Source: a virus. Taken from it: a stretch of DNA of 42,572 nucleotides. Of this stretch, positions 40,084 to 42,572 are shown piece after piece. The translations under genes were made by a program, and so were the position numbers. Below the pieces are notes generated by a model. That model was given only the letters and a program-made list of their open reading frames with translations, was not told where the DNA came from and did not search any database. Within the stretch, counting starts at the first letter, position 1. Each line of letters opens with the position of its first letter. The stretch is from the IMG/VR virus record IMGVR_UViG_3300045988_038154, positions 1 through 42,572 of that record; one strand, 5' to 3'.

Positions 40084-41961
40084 TTAATACTCCTCTAATA
40101 GCCCACTATCTGGGTTTTTCAGCCAATTTAAAACGGCCTCTTGACTCATGTGTTCGACCTTCCACGTTGGGTTGTTAGTAATAGCGTAGTCTTCAAACGC
40201 ATACATACCATCATAAAATGCGTCGATAAGAGCGTCCACAACGTCGATTTTATAGGTCGATTTCATTTTATCGACTTGAATACCGATGTTATCCTCTTTA
40301 ATCACCGCATTTATCAAGGCTTTTCGCATAATCTCATCATCAAGGCGAGTGATATTGCCTTCGATAAATAGCGTTTGAAGGAATTTTGTTGGATCTTTTA
40401 GTTCGCTTGTCCGCTGTCTAATCGGCATGAGTGGGAAACTAGTGTTAGATTCCAAAGCCTTGATAATCTTAGAGACTCCCATCGCATCGTAGCCAAAGAA
40501 AACCACATCAAGCTGATTATCTTCCACATACTCACAAAACCAACGGTACACTTCCTCTGGATTGATTAGTCCTTGTGGATGGCTTGTAATTGTACAAAAA
40601 CCTTTTTTCTCAAGCTCACGATAATTGACGCCATCTTGTTTTTCTTTGGCTTCAAGTGAGCCTGCTTGTTGCCACGGAATGAAACTATGCTGTTCTATAT
40701 GCCATTTCTGGCTACCATCTTCCGAAACATACGGATAGACGAAACCAATAGCCGTGTTATCGCTGAACATCGAAGCGTCAAGCCCAACATAAACACGTTT
40801 TCCCTTGATATCAAATTCATCAACGACTGCATTTTCAATATCTGTTAGATCAAGAAAGCTATTGCTATCTGCTAATAACCAACAATTCATGTTTTTTACT
40901 TGGAAATCAGCTAGTTTTCCCATGAGTAATTTCTTATCACGTTCGGAAAGTAGCCCCTTCATCAAGCCATCCTTAAGTTTAGGGTGGTTAAGTAGTGGGT
41001 TACTCTTTGGCCATGTCTCTGGTTTAAAGACTTCTTCCAGATTATCCTGTGACCAGATTAGACATAGCTGGTCATCACCAGACCTGTCAAAGTCACGTTC
41101 CATAATCTCAATCAGTTTCTTTTGCTCTTGATGAAATGGAACATCGGGTGTTTGGTAAGATGTTGAAATCTCAATAAAACGTGAACCCTCGGTGTTAACC
41201 TGTCCAGATGTGATTTTAGAAATCCCTTCATCCGTTCTAAGCTCACCGACCTCATCGGCCACGGCTAATTTAAAGTGCTTACCATCGAATTTACCAGATT
41301 CAAACGAGATAGTGTGAATGGTATTGGCATCCACAAGCGATTTAATTTCTCGTGAATATAATTGGACTTGCGTTTCCTCTGCCAGTGACTTAAACGGTTC
41401 ATTCTCAATGATTCTAGCCATCATAGATTTAACGTAAGTATAGAGCTTCATCGTCTGGTCGAAGTTTAGAGAGCTAACAAGGAAGTCTTGGTTACTTTGC
41501 CCGATAATTTCAATCAGATAAGAGAAATTAAGACAAATACCAGCTATCATTGTCTTACCTTGCGAACGGGCAATCGAGATAATGATATTTGAAAACCTTG
41601 GTACATCGTCTAAATCAAACCATGCAAAGAGTTGGGCAAAGATGAAATACTGCCAATCCATCGGCTCTAGCTTTTGACTCAGATCATCAACATTCGGGAC
41701 TAGTGATAGAAATTTCAAGAAACGGTTAAACGCTTCGACTGAGTAGACATAAGGAAAGTCTTTATCACCTTGTCTTTGCAAGTCTCGGAGGTGTCGGAAA
41801 CATGCTAGTTGGATGTTGTAACCAGCGACAATCTCGCCATCTAGCACATTAAAACAGTATTGCGTGCCATAGTCGGTATAAGTTTTTCGCTCGAAAGAAA
41901 AATCGATGCTATTATAAGCACCGATTACATCTTTTGATTTGGTTAGATCAATCTCTTGCAT
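40084..41961 (-). CDS. terL: Terminase large subunit
   Basis: 625 aa with Walker A-like SIARSQGKT and a C-terminal nuclease region; synteny. Confidence 0.95.
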   Translation of the reverse strand: MQEIDLTKSKDVIGAYNSIDFSFERKTYTDYGTQYCFNVLDGEIVAGYNIQLACFRHLRDLQRQGDKDFPYVYSVEAFNRFLKFLSLVPNVDDLSQKLEPMDWQYFIFAQLFAWFDLDDVPRFSNIIISIARSQGKTMIAGICLNFSYLIEIIGQSNQDFLVSSLNFDQTMKLYTYVKSMMARIIENEPFKSLAEETQVQLYSREIKSLVDANTIHTISFESGKFDGKHFKLAVADEVGELRTDEGISKITSGQVNTEGSRFIEISTSYQTPDVPFHQEQKKLIEIMERDFDRSGDDQLCLIWSQDNLEEVFKPETWPKSNPLLNHPKLKDGLMKGLLSERDKKLLMGKLADFQVKNMNCWLLADSNSFLDLTDIENAVVDEFDIKGKRVYVGLDASMFSDNTAIGFVYPYVSEDGSQKWHIEQHSFIPWQQAGSLEAKEKQDGVNYRELEKKGFCTITSHPQGLINPEEVYRWFCEYVEDNQLDVVFFGYDAMGVSKIIKALESNTSFPLMPIRQRTSELKDPTKFLQTLFIEGNITRLDDEIMRKALINAVIKEDNIGIQVDKMKSTYKIDVVDALIDAFYDGMYAFEDYAITNNPTWKVEHMSQEAVLNWLKNPDSGLLEEY

Positions 41962-41973
41962 GTTTCACCTCCT

Positions 41974-42450
41974 TTATTTAAAGAATGCTGCCATCTTATC
42001 TTTCATAGATGTATTATCAGCTTGTCCTCCAGCTATTTCAGCTAATTCTGCCCTTCCTTTAGGCGTAAGACCTAGCTGGATGCCTATTTTATTAAGTGTT
42101 TCGGTAGCATCTTTCATCGTCGCAACGGCTGGGTTCTTCTTAAATCCCATTGACTGCTCGCCTAGAATCTCGCCACTACCTTGTGCTTGAATAACTTTCT
42201 TAATCTCGGTTTGGATACCGTTTTCTTTCACGTCCTCATAAGCTTTTTTGTAAATCTCGTAGTTAGTACAGTAGGTCTCCACAAGAAACGTGTCAATGCG
42301 TTCGACCTTTTCTGTTGCTTTTAAAAACGGAATGATTTTAGTCCAAACCGACCTCGCCACCGTTCCTAAATAGTTCGGTGGGTCAATGGGTAGAAAGCGG
42401 TCATTTTGCTCGTAAAACGGTTTCCGTTTGGCTGGTGACTTATTCGCCAT
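41974..42450 (-). CDS. terS: Terminase small subunit (P27 family)
   Basis: Size, synteny, and the C-terminal LGLTPKGRAEL motif typical of P27-type TerS. Confidence 0.85.
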   Translation of the reverse strand: MANKSPAKRKPFYEQNDRFLPIDPPNYLGTVARSVWTKIIPFLKATEKVERIDTFLVETYCTNYEIYKKAYEDVKENGIQTEIKKVIQAQGSGEILGEQSMGFKKNPAVATMKDATETLNKIGIQLGLTPKGRAELAEIAGGQADNTSMKDKMAAFFK

Positions 42451-42517
42451 TTTCTCACTTCCTATCTTTGTTATGACACCGCTTAAAAACCCTCAAAATT
42501 GGCGTTCGGTGTAAAAG

Positions 42518-42572
42518 AACACCTTGTGGCGGCTCTCCTTGGCACGAGAAGGGGGCGGGGGTCAATTTTAAA
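42518..42572. repeat. Second copy of the 55-bp terminal redundancy
   Basis: Identical to 1..55. Confidence 0.95.

Noticed and set aside
1-42572. CRISPR arrays, rRNA genes, transposases or IS elements
   Set aside because: No regularly spaced direct repeats with unique spacers were seen, nor any rRNA-like sequence or DDE/serine transposase motifs. The only recombinase is the tyrosine integrase.

Overview
The window is a complete, circularly closed genome of about 42.5 kb from a temperate cos-type siphovirus. Its host is a low-GC Gram-positive bacterium; the gene content looks Streptococcus-like, which is an inference. Bases 1-55 are identical to 42518-42572. This overlap joins the HNH endonuclease gene to TerS across the junction.

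Nearly all genes are on the minus strand. In transcription order they are:
- Cro-like switch (16.6 kb), then an accessory early region and an antirepressor.
- An LPXTG adhesin moron.
- Replication and recombination genes: replisome organizer, DnaC-like loader, RecT, PD-(D/E)XK exonuclease, SSB, RusA.
- Small early/middle ORFs, including an HNH homing endonuclease, an HTH-MazG fusion and a small C5-methyltransferase-like protein.
- A DUF1492/ArpU-type late regulator, then HNH, then the candidate cos region.
- TerS, TerL, portal, ClpP protease and an HK97-type capsid protein.
- Head-tail connectors, major tail protein, and tail chaperones G/GT with a CCCAAAA -1 slip site.
- A 1668-aa tape measure protein, Dit, a collagen-repeat tail protein and a fibre.
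- Two holins (one frameshifted) and the endolysin.

The plus strand carries the lysogeny operon: a CI-like S24 repressor, a membrane protein and a tyrosine integrase.

The most interesting candidates for undescribed biology are:
1. A three-gene operon of small proteins between the endolysin and attP/int (19806-20601). It has a perfect consensus promoter and is insulated by terminators. One product is extremely acidic.
2. An AT-rich early module (14608-16260). It holds an XRE HTH translationally coupled to a NucS/Shedu-like PD-(D/E)XK protein and the antirepressor, plus a divergently transcribed self-contained plus-strand cassette.
3. A phage-borne MSCRAMM-like LPXTG adhesin with an unusual structured leader.
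4. A holin broken at an A6 run.
5. Recurrent TGGTATAAT-hairpin-U-tract units that look like very small RNAs.

All calls come from reading the sequence and recognising motifs by eye. No database search was run.
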